DNA of 59,775 bases, counting the filler, from Stramenopiles sp. TOSAG23-3 (Eukaryota), in NCBI GenBank assembly GCA_900128585.1. It is 6 parts of 6 records of this genome, joined end to end, with 100 filler letters (N's around TTAATTAATTAA, not from the genome) between each part and the next. Parts side by side here need not be neighbours in the genome. Positions count along the whole stretch, not along the records: positions 1 to 17,904 come from LT642437.1; 5 more parts are not named here. The stretch is one strand, 5' to 3'. The notes beneath the pieces were generated by a model. The model saw nothing but the letters and a program-made list of their open reading frames with translations, searched no databases and was not told where the DNA came from. A program made the position numbers and the translations under genes. Shown here piece after piece: positions 1-12,048 of this stretch (its first letter is position 1; the number at the start of each line of letters is the position of its first letter).

Positions 1-1
1 A

Positions 2-2530
2 GCGAACAATCCAGTGCTATTGCAGCGAGACGGGAGAGAGATGGACGCGGCGGACAAAAGGGCGGAGGCTTTTAGCAACGAACGGACCGTTATGTATTAC
101 AAGATGAAAGCGGACTACCACCGGTACCTCGCGGAGTTTGCCCCGGAGAAAATAGACTCGAAAGCAAAGGGGAACTCGGTAGGGACGAAACGGGGGGCTT
201 TTCCCGCCAGCAGATCCGTGGAGGTTGACTGCGCACTATCAGCGTACAAAATTGCGCTGTCATTGGCCCAAGACAAACTGCCAGCAGCCCACCACTTGAC
301 AATCCTGGTGGCGCATAACTTCAGCACGTTTTACTACACCATGCGGAGGTCCACTCGGATGGCCTGCCACGTAGCCAAAACGGTGTACGAGAATGCTTGC
401 GAACACGTCCACGAGTTGGAAGGAGAGGAGTACGGGGAGACCACGCGTGTACTGCAACTGCTAAGAGAAAATATTTCAAAATGGACCCTTGACATAGCGA
501 GGGGAGACTACGAGAGCGAGGCGGAAGAGTCCGACGTTGAGATTGACGAAGACTTGGAAGACTTGGCAAAAGACAACCAAGAAACCCTGGACGTGGGGAA
601 CCCGGCGGAGGAAGGCTCCCTGTTGCAAATGACGCACGCCCGAATCCAGCAAAAGCCCATGGGCGTGCATAGCACAAAGTCGGTGCAAATATGCAACCAA
701 CAAATGAAGCATTCGTCGACTGTCGCAGCGTTAGAACAAAACCAGGCCAGTGCAAAACCGAAGCAATTCAAGCGTGTGCCTACTTTAAAACGTTCTGCGA
801 CCGCACCCAACTTGAGGTCCGCGGAGTTTACCGTGTCGGGGAAACCTGAAAAACCCGACAATAGAATGCCAGAGCACCACATTATGTCATTGACGTCTGG
901 GTTTGAGGGCATGACCACCATGAAGCTGGATCCGAAGGGGAAAGAGCTTGTTCCAGCGATGCACGAACTGTTTCACTCTTACCTTGAGGGGAAAGTTTCT
1001 ACCCCCGTTGCTGGTAACTTTACGTCAAAGGGCATAAATTTTTCGGAATTGTGGGTGGAGGGGAAGAAGACCAAAGGCCCGCAACTGTACGTGCACGCAT
1101 TGGTGAGGATGCTGAAGAATTTTGAGATTGTTCCAAAAGATTTAGAAGCGGGCACAATAGAGAACATGGCTGCTATGTCCGCCAACGCCACAAAGAAGCT
1201 CAGGAACACTAGCGTTGTGCTGCAATACCAAACAAAATACATGCTTGGAGCAGACATCGACAGCAAACAAGCCAAGAGTGTCGCGGAAGAGGGCGAAGAG
1301 AAAGATCCCGGGCGTTTAATCATCCCAAAAGCCTTGAGTTTTGCAGAGTTTGTAGACACCCTTGGTCGGGTCGCAATCGTGGTAATTCGAAGCACCCCAG
1401 GCTATGAGCAGAAGTATGGGGTGGAGAGCAAGGAAATCATCAACGGGTTCATGCGGGACCGCATGCATCTGTACGACGCCGATATTTGGAGGAAAAAGGT
1501 GCAGAGGCCGTGGGAGGCCGCGGCCAAAGAGAAGGCATCGCTGAGGACGCGGCCAGGAAGTGGAAAGCAGCTGGTTGCAAAGGCAACAGAAGCGGCAGGC
1601 CTTCCCATCAATTTGAACTATCTCTCCGCAGAATTTTCCCTTTCTGCGCAAGCACAAGAGCGTATGAATACGAAAGGAAGGCAGCGGGCCTTGCGGCAAA
1701 TTTTTGACTTTTATCGAAAAGTCAAGACTCTTCACAAAGTCAGCCAGATGAGTGCCGGCCGAGGAAGGGACGCGTTGTTCTCGCAGATTCAGTCGGTGAG
1801 CGAGGTCATCAACTTGGGAGAAATGTTGAAGTTTCTGATGGACTTTGGCGTCTCTCCAGACCTTGTCTCTCGACGAGATGCGTCAGAAATTTTTGTCACC
1901 TGCATGAGAAACTCCCGAAGGGCAGCGAAGGAAGCAGCGAAGAAGGCGGTCGGGGAACACAATAAAACGAGGCCGGGGAGTGGGAAAAATAGTAAATCGA
2001 GGCCTGGGAGCGGGAAAGGCACTAAGTCGAGGCCCAGCAGCGGAAAGGAGTCCCCGGAAGCAAAGGACGACGACCTGAATCCAGAAGAACTTTTGTCTTC
2101 TGGTGGTATAACGGGAGTGGGTGCGACATGGCCGACATTTTTGAACTGCATAGAACGCTATGCTATCTTGGCGGATGCCGTGCCGCAAGAGTACGCTACA
2201 GACCACGAAAAAGTCGAATATTTCATTACTTACTTGGAGCTTGACCAATCTGACAGATGGCGTGGGAAGATGAAAGTTTTTGGTACCCCAGGGGGCAACA
2301 GGTCACGCCTGGCAAAATCTGCGTCGTCTTCAAACATCGGTGCATTCAGTGGCCGAAGGCAACGCCCACACTCTGGCAAAGGCGGCGGCCTTTCTGCCAC
2401 TCTAGGTGCAGTACCGAGGCGGAACCGACTCCTGCCCAAATTGTCCGGCCGGGGCACCCCAGCAGCAGGTGGAGGGTTGTCCGCGTCCAGGCAAAGACGA
2501 AAGAAAGGCTTGGGCGCGACAATCGGCTGA
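2..2530 (+). CDS. Divergent 14-3-3-domain protein with long C-terminal extension (5' end outside window)
   Basis: Frame open from the window edge. 14-3-3 motifs YYKMKADYHRYLAE, LVAHNFSTFYY, ACHVAKTVYENA and VLQLLRENISKW, then ~680 aa with EF-hand-like helical segments and RPGSG repeats. Confidence 0.8.
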   Translation, partial: ANNPVLLQRDGREMDAADKRAEAFSNERTVMYYKMKADYHRYLAEFAPEKIDSKAKGNSVGTKRGAFPASRSVEVDCALSAYKIALSLAQDKLPAAHHLTILVAHNFSTFYYTMRRSTRMACHVAKTVYENACEHVHELEGEEYGETTRVLQLLRENISKWTLDIARGDYESEAEESDVEIDEDLEDLAKDNQETLDVGNPAEEGSLLQMTHARIQQKPMGVHSTKSVQICNQQMKHSSTVAALEQNQASAKPKQFKRVPTLKRSATAPNLRSAEFTVSGKPEKPDNRMPEHHIMSLTSGFEGMTTMKLDPKGKELVPAMHELFHSYLEGKVSTPVAGNFTSKGINFSELWVEGKKTKGPQLYVHALVRMLKNFEIVPKDLEAGTIENMAAMSANATKKLRNTSVVLQYQTKYMLGADIDSKQAKSVAEEGEEKDPGRLIIPKALSFAEFVDTLGRVAIVVIRSTPGYEQKYGVESKEIINGFMRDRMHLYDADIWRKKVQRPWEAAAKEKASLRTRPGSGKQLVAKATEAAGLPINLNYLSAEFSLSAQAQERMNTKGRQRALRQIFDFYRKVKTLHKVSQMSAGRGRDALFSQIQSVSEVINLGEMLKFLMDFGVSPDLVSRRDASEIFVTCMRNSRRAAKEAAKKAVGEHNKTRPGSGKNSKSRPGSGKGTKSRPSSGKESPEAKDDDLNPEELLSSGGITGVGATWPTFLNCIERYAILADAVPQEYATDHEKVEYFITYLELDQSDRWRGKMKVFGTPGGNRSRLAKSASSSNIGAFSGRRQRPHSGKGGGLSATLGAVPRRNRLLPKLSGRGTPAAGGGLSASRQRRKKGLGATIG
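1964..2047 (+). repeat. Coding 30-bp tandem repeat x3 (K[T/S]RP[G/S]SGKxx)
   Basis: KTRPGSGKNS / KSRPGSGKGT / KSRPSSGK visible in both DNA and protein. Confidence 0.75.
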
Positions 2531-2653
2531 CCATTTTTGGGTGATAATGTATTTATTCATATTCGTAGCGCTATTTTGATTGTAAATTGAAAAGTAAAAC
2601 TGTGAGATTTGATTGTTTACAATCGCTATTGCGGCATCTCCGCTTCCTGGTAC

Positions 2654-3142
2654 TCAGTCATCTTTCTCCAAAACAACTTTAGTAGGGATGCCCTTGTACG
2701 CCCTCTGGATAGTTTCTGGGTACAAATATGCCTGCAATCCTATACCACCAACGAGCAAGTTTCGCAACAAAATTCTCGGCCCAAACCGGTAGCTAACAGC
2801 CGAAAGGGCTAAAAGAGAGACCCCGTAAGTAATTTCTGGCTTAATTTTGACGTCCTTAAATTTTTGAGCTAATGTTTTTTTCGTAGTTACCAGCTCCTCC
2901 GGCAACACGTCCGTCTCGATTTCCTTGATCTTAGCGTTCGTTTTTGCTTCAATTTCGTCCACTTGCACCGTGACCGTGTCCTTGATCGTGTCTAATTGTT
3001 GTTTGCCTTCAAATTTTATCTTTAGGACGTTCTCCCGGAAACTTCGCACTAGTGGACGAAGAAACGTTCCCTCCCGGGGGATGGTAAAGGTACGGGCGAC
3101 CCGCTTTATTACAGACTCTTCGGTACTACTCCCTTCAGCCAT
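2654..3142 (-). CDS. Small membrane protein, possibly MICOS MIC26/MIC27 (ApoO)-like
   Basis: First ATG at 3142. Amphipathic helix followed by two short hydrophobic segments split by a basic linker and ending ...AYLYPE, resembling the MIC26/27 architecture. Confidence 0.45.
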   Translation of the reverse strand: MAEGSSTEESVIKRVARTFTIPREGTFLRPLVRSFRENVLKIKFEGKQQLDTIKDTVTVQVDEIEAKTNAKIKEIETDVLPEELVTTKKTLAQKFKDVKIKPEITYGVSLLALSAVSYRFGPRILLRNLLVGGIGLQAYLYPETIQRAYKGIPTKVVLEKDD

Positions 3143-4163
3143 ATGTGCACTTCTTCTCAACAAGTTGAAAGCTTTCGAACAGTTGGGGTGATGAAATGCC
3201 TCTCCTACGAATTGCCTTTTTCCAATTTATCGTCTAACAATTGGTGATATTGCATTGATTTAACAAGTAACATATATTTGTAGATTCAATTCAAGTTCGA
3301 CTAGACGACAAAAAAAGATACAAACTACTGGTGTAATTATTATTAATTAATAATTATAATATAGTACCAACTGGTAGAGACTACTAGTCGTCTAATAATA
3401 AAATAAAAAAATAATAATCAATCTCAAAACATAAGCATATTATAATATTAATAGTAGAAGGAGGAAGGAAGAAGGAAGAAGAAAGAAGACGGACTTGATG
3501 ATTGAGAAGAAGAAGAAGTAATAGTACGAATAGTAAGTGGAGTAAGAGACAACCCTTTTTTGATCTTCTTCTTCTTCTTTTTTTTTTTGATCTTCTTTTT
3601 TTGATAAATAAAATAATAAAAAATAGATGAACTTTCTTGTTCCCATATTTTTTTTTTATAAATATCGAATTATGCCCTATAAATAACACTATTATTACAA
3701 ATAAAAATGAATAAATACGTTACAACAAAATGAAATGATGGACGAAAAAACCCACAAAATCACACTGCAGCTATTATAGAAGAGACTATAGATGAGTATT
3801 TTTAGTACCGGTAGTATGTAGTATTTATTATTAGGTGAATAATAACAGGTGATTAATAAAGAGAACAAACAAGTTGCTTGTACAACAATAATAATAATAA
3901 AAATATGCTGCCGCAACAACAACGAATTGGACATGATTTGCTGGTGTGGTGTTGTTTTTTCTTCTTTTTTTTTGTTCCATTTGTTTGAGCTTTGAGCTTT
4001 GCGTGTTTGTTACGTCTACCGTTCGTCGCTCAACACTTCTTCCATTGTGCACTCCGCACTTTTATTTTGTAGCTGATTCTTGGAACAGAGTTTTTGTTTT
4101 GTTTTTCTATAGTAGTGTTACGATACCAACTGTTGCAATTGTTTTTCTAGAAGCAGTTGTGCA

Positions 4164-7100
4164 ATGGGGGATAATTATGAGCAAAGCGATGAGTCAATCG
4201 CACGAGCTATTGCGACTTTGAGGAATATTATTTCCCCTCCCCAAAGAAAGAAGGACGCGAACGATGGCAGCGACGATGGGGAAGACGATTTTCTAGCCAG
4301 GTCAAGGAAACAACGAAAGTCGGGCAAAGGCGTGGACGACGACATAGCGGGTAATGCCGCGTCAAAAACAAAGAAGTCAAATAAAGAAGGGCGCCGCACG
4401 TCTGCGGCTTCCACGGTTGTAGGATACGGAACTGGGGATTTGTTTGGAACCCGAGGAAATTACGAAAAAAGTCTGCTATACCGATCTAGGTTAGGCTCCC
4501 CGACAATAAATACCCAAAAAAACGCAAACGCCTTTGAGAAAAATGCAGTGTTTGCTCGTGTAGTAACCACGCATACAAAAGAGGATGAACAGAGAAAAAC
4601 CAAAGAGAAAACGTTCACCTCCGTTTTTCGGGCGAAAGAAGTTGCAAATAGAATAAAAAGCGATATGAAATCGAAGCGGGATTGTGTCAACGCGATAAAT
4701 AAGTGGGCCTCTAATCCAGATTTGCATGACAATTTACTTCAATTTGGAATAGTCGAGGCCTTGTCTTCTATGATAGAAGGGGATATCGACGAAAGTGTGT
4801 TGACTGAGTGTGTCGAGACAGTATTCCAACTATCTCGAAACCTGGACATCCGGGCTTCCCTAGTCCGTCAAGAATTGCACCTGAAAGTCTTAGACATGAT
4901 AACCCTTGCGGAAAACCTTGACTCCGTAACCAACATAGTAAACTGCTGTTTCGTCCTTTTGAATTTTTCCGACGAGCCAGGCATGAACGACATATTCGTT
5001 CGTAACGGGGTAGTTCCCACTCTCAACCGTCTCCAAGCCACGCACCCGGCAATTTTACGCTCTTTGCTGCAAATCATTTTCAATATGATTAACAAACTGG
5101 AACGAAATGCTCACTGGACACAAGACCTGCTCTACTTCGATTTTGTTTTACTTAAGATGCACAGCATATCCGCCCAAGACGCGGCTTTGATCATGAGGAC
5201 AGTGTCAAGGGCAGCTACTCTGCTTGAAGTTCCTCAGCAACTGTGCGAAAGGGATATTACAGGCACCCTGAGAACTTTACTGCACCGCGTGTCCACGTGG
5301 AAAGAGGAGTATAGAAATCCTGTGGTGAAGTACATTGCCACGACGGCATACTATGTGTCAAAGTCGGTGGAAGCTTCCTCAAAAATGGTAGACGCCGGGG
5401 GGCAAGGGCTAATTCGAGATGTGTTGTCCAACGTTGAAAACGATGATGAGTTAACATGCATCGGCATAGCTACTCTAGGAAATATGGCAAGGAGCAGGCT
5501 GGTGCGCAGCAAATTGGTAAATGATGGAGCAGTGCTTTTATTATGCTCCATTGCCGAACGGTGCTCCCAGCAGATGCAGTGGCTGCAAACTGGGGTGATA
5601 AAAGAGGCTCAATTTGATTTTGGGAACATGCTTAATATGTGCGTCGCGGCGCTAGCCATGCTCTCCCAGGATGATGAAAGTGCTGTCAAAGTGGCCTTGC
5701 AAGGTGGAATGAAGCTACTAGTCATTGTGGCCACTTATGCGGGCGAGGTCACGATTCGCAGTGAGGCCATCGTAGCGCTGTGCAATTTGCTGTGCTCTCG
5801 GGAGCTGAACAAATTGTACGAGTCGGTGGGGGACACGGTCAAGTCGGCAATTGATGTTTTAGTGTTGTACCACAAAGAAATTTTGGTGCACGACATTAAA
5901 ATAGCGGGTTATTTTGCGACTGTGTTTAACAACATGACACTGTCCGCACGGGGCAGAGAAATGACTAAGACCATCGCCATAGCGGATGTGATTGTTTGGG
6001 TTGCCCTTATGGCGGAAGGAGACGATGACGCAATCGAGTTATGCCTCTGCTGCATTTATAACTGCACGGTAGATTCTGTTCTGTTGAAATCATTTCAGAC
6101 CAAAAAGCACATCGGCGCAATCATAGAAATTATGAAAATTTCCAAAGGTACCAGAGTCGACGAACTTTGCATTGCAACATTGCACAAATTAGCCTCAGGA
6201 TTTGCCAACGCGGGTAAAATATTTGCGGACGAGGGAGCAATGGATGAAATAATTGATTTGACAACGTCAGTTGCCCCCCGCACTCGTGAATTGGCGGTCA
6301 CTACATTAGCACAGATGACACTAGATGATGACAACATAGAAATTTTGGTCGGCAATGGTGCTATCGAAGCCTTGGCGGAGGTCGCCAAGTCATCCGATAT
6401 ATTGGCGCAACGTGCCACGGCTGCTTTAAGCAATATTGCGGGGCACAAACACGGCATGTATGTCACTCAACTTCTGGACGCTGGGGCTGTCAAGACCATG
6501 ATCAAGTTATCTGGAAGCAAAGACCCAGAAGTTCGAAGATTGAGTGCGCACACGATATGCCATTTAGTTTCTTGTGCAACGGGCCCTCGGGAAGAAATGA
6601 TAAAAGCTGGGGCCGTCAATGCTTTGGTTTTGACTGGACTTATTCGTAGCTCGGATGAGGACCTGGTCACCCGGAAGGCTTGCTGTTGCGCCATGTATAC
6701 CCTTTGTAGCACGGGTAATATAGAAGAGCTGGGAGATTGGAGGGTAGTCTGGTCGGCAACGTGCATGCTGGATTTAGGAAAAGAATTTGCGATCATGGCT
6801 GTCACAATTTTGGCCAATCTAAGTTCGTACCCGAGCGGTAGGGATGTTATTTCCAACAAGCAAACCATTGACGGGCTGGTGGCTGTTGCGTGCGGAAAGA
6901 GTAAAGTAAAAGTTTCTTCAGCTGTTTTGAAAAGCGTGGCCCTCATTTTTCACAATGTTGTGTGTGGTTATGGAAGAATTAAGGAACAGAAGAAAAAGAA
7001 AATTAGAGACGTGGACAACTTTGAAGATGAAAGCGATGGTGAAGACTTTGGTGGAGACTCAGACAGTGACAACGACAGCGAGAAAAATGGAGATAAGAAA

Positions 7101-9551
7101 TCGTTTGATGGAACAAATTTGGGTCTGCTGTGGCAGGGGAAAGAGGGTGAGCATCACAAGTCAGCTTGTCGAATTGTTGCGAAATGCGCCGGAACGAAGG
7201 CTTTGTCTGCCCTTGCACGCTTGGAATACCCTGAAACCCGGGAAATGTGTGTTGCAGCGCTTGCGACACTGTGCACCTTGGACGATACGCATGAGAGATT
7301 CTTGAAAGATGGGGGATTCAAAACGATGAATGAAGTGTGCCAACTGAATCGTTTCGATTTAGGGACAAAATGCTGCTGGACAATTCGACATTACTGCCTT
7401 ATTTGCGCTGTGGATGCTGCATTGCGTGCTGGTAGCCGCTACCAAGCGGTGAAAGACGGTGCGCTAGAAATGATTGTCCCAATTGTGGAAAGTAGCAAAA
7501 CTTCAGAAACGGACGAGCACTGCTGCCGTTGTGTTGAACTTTACGCCCAGGATATCTCTGCGCGAGAACTCATGATCGACACGGGCGTGATTGCAGCAAT
7601 GGACGAGCTAACTAGTGGGGAAGATTTGGATAACTCAACTCTGCAAAACCGGGTCAAACGTTTCTCAAGAACTCTGCTGCACGTGTGCTCAACAGACTTG
7701 AAAACAAGGGACAGGCTGGTCCAATACGGTGCCATTCCCCTGATAGCAAGATTCGCTAAGATTCCTTCAGAATCCATTGCAGCTGAAGCCATTGAGGCCT
7801 TAAGCCTGCTGTGTGAGTGCGAAGAGCGGGTAGAAACTATTATATACGACGGAGGCCTTCAAATTGTTAAAGACGTGCTTTCAATTGGTTTGAAGGGTGA
7901 ATTTGGTCGGGAGTCGCACAACATTTGCGAACGGTGCTCCTTCATCGTAGGCAATTTTGCGTGCAACAAGGATGCCATGTACACCATGATAGAAGAGGGT
8001 TTGATCCCTACGGTCAGGTTCTTGAGCAAAAGCGGGTCGGCGGAAGGAATATACGCGTGCGTTAAGGTTGTGGCGTGCGCTTGCCTGGTTGAAGAGGCGA
8101 TAAACCTTATGGTAGAATTAAAACAGCACAAGGATATTATGATTATGTACAACAGGCTGATGACCCAAGAAGGAGACTATGACAATGAAATTCGTTTGCT
8201 TGCTCTCTCCTTACTCAACATGACAAAAACGTCGGATGCAATTGTTCAAGGCGATATTATGAATACTTGCGATGGTGCGTTGTTATTGGAAAATGCAAAG
8301 CAAGTGTCAGACGCAGACCGTGATAATATTTGGCACATGCTCCCCCATTTGCCTCCATCAGACGATCATGGTTTCGGCGATGATGGGGGAGACGAAATGA
8401 TAGTGCCATTGTTCTTTTCCCCCGCGCAGAGAGTTGGCTGGCCCCTCTATAACTTTTTCACGACGCCAAAGCAGCCTGACTCTGCAGAACTGAAGTCAAA
8501 GCCCCAAATCGCTCCTAGATGGAAACCAAAAAGTAATGCGAATGGTGGTGACGATTCCCTTGAAACTCAGATAGCAAAGCAACTGGGGCACTCAGAGGAT
8601 CCTGATAACGAGGACCAAGTGACTTTATCTTCAGTCCCTCCAGTAATCGACCTAGTGAACAGTGCAACGATTGAATTCCACGAAAAAATCTCCAGTTACA
8701 ACATAAGCAGCAAAGATGCGTTCGTGGACTATGACATGCTTGATGAGTGGACGACGAAGAAAAAAAGTTTGCAAAAGCTTTTGGAGGAGCCGAAAGGAGG
8801 GGGGACTGTAACAGTTGATAACAAGAAAAGTATGGCTCCTAGCGAAAGACAAAGTTATTCGGTCCTGAGCCTCGACACCGCCAAAGTAGCGATTGGGGGC
8901 ATCAACTTGCAACTTGATGCGCCGCAGTCGTACGTAGATAGTTTGATGGAGGTTGTTGTCGATCGCATGGTCGAGGAACCACAGCGCATGCTCACCATAG
9001 AACAGTCAAAAAAACAAAACGCTATCACTCGGCTAGAAGCGAAAGATAGCATTGCAGAGGCCAACGGTGCAAAAAGATTGTCTCCGCTCAAAGGATCCCC
9101 TGCACCTGCTTTTAGTATTATGGGAATACCTCAAAAATGGGCTTCACCGTCTTCTCCAGAACAATTGAGAGGGTTAGCGAACTCTCTAGGGACAGGAAAA
9201 CATATTGACAGCGAGAAACGGCGCCAAAAGGCCATAAATTTTGTCGAGATGATGAGGAAAAAATCACAACTGAGCGTGGCCAGCGACAAACGGCAGCTTG
9301 TTGTGAGCTTAGCGTCAACACTTGAATCGTTAAAGATGGGGACCTCCCCGATCAGACGTGCCCGGACAAGCCCGTCAACAAGACGGTCCAGCAACAACAA
9401 CAGTCCCTCTACCAGCTCTGTATTGCCTGATATTAGACGGCCTAGCTCAAATGGTGGGAAAGAAGAATTTTCAAGGATAAAAATTGCCAGCACTGGTCGA
9501 AGTCCAGGCACTAAAAAAAGGCTCAGCAAAAGTAGTAGCAAAAAGAAATAA
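4164..9551 (+). CDS. Large armadillo-repeat protein
   Basis: 1795-aa uninterrupted ORF with many ~42-aa helical repeats (LVNDGAVLLL, LLDAGAVKTMIKL, IKAGAVNALV, LVQYGAIPLI) and disordered N- and C-termini. Confidence 0.85.
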   Translation: MGDNYEQSDESIARAIATLRNIISPPQRKKDANDGSDDGEDDFLARSRKQRKSGKGVDDDIAGNAASKTKKSNKEGRRTSAASTVVGYGTGDLFGTRGNYEKSLLYRSRLGSPTINTQKNANAFEKNAVFARVVTTHTKEDEQRKTKEKTFTSVFRAKEVANRIKSDMKSKRDCVNAINKWASNPDLHDNLLQFGIVEALSSMIEGDIDESVLTECVETVFQLSRNLDIRASLVRQELHLKVLDMITLAENLDSVTNIVNCCFVLLNFSDEPGMNDIFVRNGVVPTLNRLQATHPAILRSLLQIIFNMINKLERNAHWTQDLLYFDFVLLKMHSISAQDAALIMRTVSRAATLLEVPQQLCERDITGTLRTLLHRVSTWKEEYRNPVVKYIATTAYYVSKSVEASSKMVDAGGQGLIRDVLSNVENDDELTCIGIATLGNMARSRLVRSKLVNDGAVLLLCSIAERCSQQMQWLQTGVIKEAQFDFGNMLNMCVAALAMLSQDDESAVKVALQGGMKLLVIVATYAGEVTIRSEAIVALCNLLCSRELNKLYESVGDTVKSAIDVLVLYHKEILVHDIKIAGYFATVFNNMTLSARGREMTKTIAIADVIVWVALMAEGDDDAIELCLCCIYNCTVDSVLLKSFQTKKHIGAIIEIMKISKGTRVDELCIATLHKLASGFANAGKIFADEGAMDEIIDLTTSVAPRTRELAVTTLAQMTLDDDNIEILVGNGAIEALAEVAKSSDILAQRATAALSNIAGHKHGMYVTQLLDAGAVKTMIKLSGSKDPEVRRLSAHTICHLVSCATGPREEMIKAGAVNALVLTGLIRSSDEDLVTRKACCCAMYTLCSTGNIEELGDWRVVWSATCMLDLGKEFAIMAVTILANLSSYPSGRDVISNKQTIDGLVAVACGKSKVKVSSAVLKSVALIFHNVVCGYGRIKEQKKKKIRDVDNFEDESDGEDFGGDSDSDNDSEKNGDKKSFDGTNLGLLWQGKEGEHHKSACRIVAKCAGTKALSALARLEYPETREMCVAALATLCTLDDTHERFLKDGGFKTMNEVCQLNRFDLGTKCCWTIRHYCLICAVDAALRAGSRYQAVKDGALEMIVPIVESSKTSETDEHCCRCVELYAQDISARELMIDTGVIAAMDELTSGEDLDNSTLQNRVKRFSRTLLHVCSTDLKTRDRLVQYGAIPLIARFAKIPSESIAAEAIEALSLLCECEERVETIIYDGGLQIVKDVLSIGLKGEFGRESHNICERCSFIVGNFACNKDAMYTMIEEGLIPTVRFLSKSGSAEGIYACVKVVACACLVEEAINLMVELKQHKDIMIMYNRLMTQEGDYDNEIRLLALSLLNMTKTSDAIVQGDIMNTCDGALLLENAKQVSDADRDNIWHMLPHLPPSDDHGFGDDGGDEMIVPLFFSPAQRVGWPLYNFFTTPKQPDSAELKSKPQIAPRWKPKSNANGGDDSLETQIAKQLGHSEDPDNEDQVTLSSVPPVIDLVNSATIEFHEKISSYNISSKDAFVDYDMLDEWTTKKKSLQKLLEEPKGGGTVTVDNKKSMAPSERQSYSVLSLDTAKVAIGGINLQLDAPQSYVDSLMEVVVDRMVEEPQRMLTIEQSKKQNAITRLEAKDSIAEANGAKRLSPLKGSPAPAFSIMGIPQKWASPSSPEQLRGLANSLGTGKHIDSEKRRQKAINFVEMMRKKSQLSVASDKRQLVVSLASTLESLKMGTSPIRRARTSPSTRRSSNNNSPSTSSVLPDIRRPSSNGGKEEFSRIKIASTGRSPGTKKRLSKSSSKKK

Positions 9552-10051
9552 TAGTTTTAAAGGACGGACCGGGGGGACTATAAGGAGATAATAGGGAAGG
9601 CAATTTAATATCGTACATGGTACCGGTACTTATATACTAATAATAATCAAGTATAATATAAAATTATATACCAAAAAAGCTCATAGTCATCCTTCTACTG
9701 GATCTACAAATCTACATGCTCTCCTGCTCTCCTCTCCGCTTCTATCCTCCTCTCCTTCCTTCTTACTTTTTTTCTCTTCTTTTTTTTACCTCCTCTCCTC
9801 CTCTCTCCTTTTGTTGCTCCTTGCCGCACCATGATGATGATTCTAATGATGGGCGTCATGATCAGAGTATTCTCGATCGCATTGAACAAACACGCTCCAA
9901 GCATATGAGACCGTACAGCGAAACGTCTTTACGTGCGCTGCGCACCTTTCTTGGATAAAAAACTGTTAAATATTTAGATTCCAGAAGTTAACCCGTATTA
10001 TGCTTGCACCGATTGTCCCGTGACCTCCAAAAAGAGACACCAGAAAGCATT

Positions 10052-10876
10052 ATGGGACAAAAGTCAACCACTCAAAGGCGACTCGACACCGGTAGTAAGA
10101 CTGGGGTTCTTGCCTTTAGCGGGAAAAAACTGAAGCAAATACCTAAGAAAGTGTTGAGTATGAAAAATATAAGGGTTTTGGATTTGTCTGACAATTTGCT
10201 GCCGCTAATTCCTGTCGAAATAAGCGCACTGGTGATGCTCAAAACGTTGCATTTGAAGAATAATCGAATAACGGGGTGTCAAGACGGCGGCGAGTGTTTG
10301 TCCGCCCTAAAGAAGTTGGAAGTATTGACACTTGATGGCAACCGTTTAGAGCAGATCCCAAAGCTACCGACGAAACTGACCAAATTTTCAATCACAAAGA
10401 ACCAGCTCGTGACGATTCAAATTCAGGGCAAGATGAAGAATTTAAAGCACTTTGATGCATCGGGAAACAAGATCGTCCAGGTTGACAAATCTATTGGGAC
10501 CCTGAGTGCCGTCCAAGTCTTGAACTTGTCCCACAACCAGCTAATCGAGCTGCCCAAAGAAGTGGGCGATATGGGAAAACTGTCAGACTTGGACGTCTCT
10601 TATAATTCTTTGGAAGACCTGCCCGCAGAGTTAGGAAATTGTGATAATTTGCAGGTGATTCTGGCGAACAGCAACAGGCTCTCCATCGTTGACCGTGCTA
10701 TTTTTGAATCAAAATCATTGTCCCGACTACGCTTGGAAAACAACAAGATCACGAAAAAATCATTTTTGCAATTTGATGGCGTTAAGGAGTTCATGGAGCG
10801 CCGAAATGCCAGGGTCGATCGTGAACTGGCAGGCGGCATGCACGAAACAGACCGGTCAATCTGTGGCTTGGATTGA
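10052..10876 (+). CDS. Leucine-rich-repeat protein, LRRC57-like
   Basis: ATG at 10052 gives MGQKST (candidate myristoylation site) and ...SKTGVLAF, then LxxLxLxxN repeats and a C-terminal FMERR segment as in LRRC57. Confidence 0.75.
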   Translation: MGQKSTTQRRLDTGSKTGVLAFSGKKLKQIPKKVLSMKNIRVLDLSDNLLPLIPVEISALVMLKTLHLKNNRITGCQDGGECLSALKKLEVLTLDGNRLEQIPKLPTKLTKFSITKNQLVTIQIQGKMKNLKHFDASGNKIVQVDKSIGTLSAVQVLNLSHNQLIELPKEVGDMGKLSDLDVSYNSLEDLPAELGNCDNLQVILANSNRLSIVDRAIFESKSLSRLRLENNKITKKSFLQFDGVKEFMERRNARVDRELAGGMHETDRSICGLD

Positions 10877-11493
10877 ATTGATACGACGGAGAGTATAGTG
10901 GGAAACAAGGAGTGCCCTGAAAGTTGTGCTGCAACAAAGGATGTAAATAGAAAAATTACCTTAATAGCTAAATATATAACACCGATAATTTGGGTGAAAT
11001 CATTTCTTTTCACCGATTATTAATTGTAACAGGTACATACTATTCAATTGATGGCCTGTGCGTGTTTGGGTTATGAGTACCTATTAAAAGAATACGCCAT
11101 AAAAACATACTAAATCTTTCTTATTCCCAATTGCACACAGGACACAGTGAGGCACAGGGCACAGGGCAGAGGCCTGATGAAGGAAGCTTTGAGCACAGGG
11201 CAAGGGCAGGCTGGCATTGTTTTACATATAAATAGTATTGCAGGTTTCCAAAATGGAGGAGAGAATCAAAAGGGAGGCTATGAAGCTGGTGGGGCGTTTT
11301 CTATTTCTTCTGTTTGAGAAGGATTTTAACTGTTTTTGGAAAAGAGATGGATCCCCCAAAGAAGGAAAGTCAACGGAAGAACGAAACGAGGATGGGGCGA
11401 AGTGTAGCGGGTAGGTACACTGTACGTAGCATTCAACTATACACAAATAAGGAATTTTTTCGGTTTACTGAATAAAAAAGGTCCACCAATAAC

Positions 11494-12048
<555 letters not shown>

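Noticed and set aside
3384-4052. Short ORFs in AT-rich spacers (also 13082-13893, 17633-17857, 41628-42020)
   Set aside because: Low-complexity composition, mostly non-ATG starts and no recognisable motifs.
11130-11220. GCACAGG repeats with TGATGA as a possible box C/D snoRNA
   Set aside because: No convincing downstream CTGA box or terminal stem; more likely simple repeats in the ARF1 3' region.
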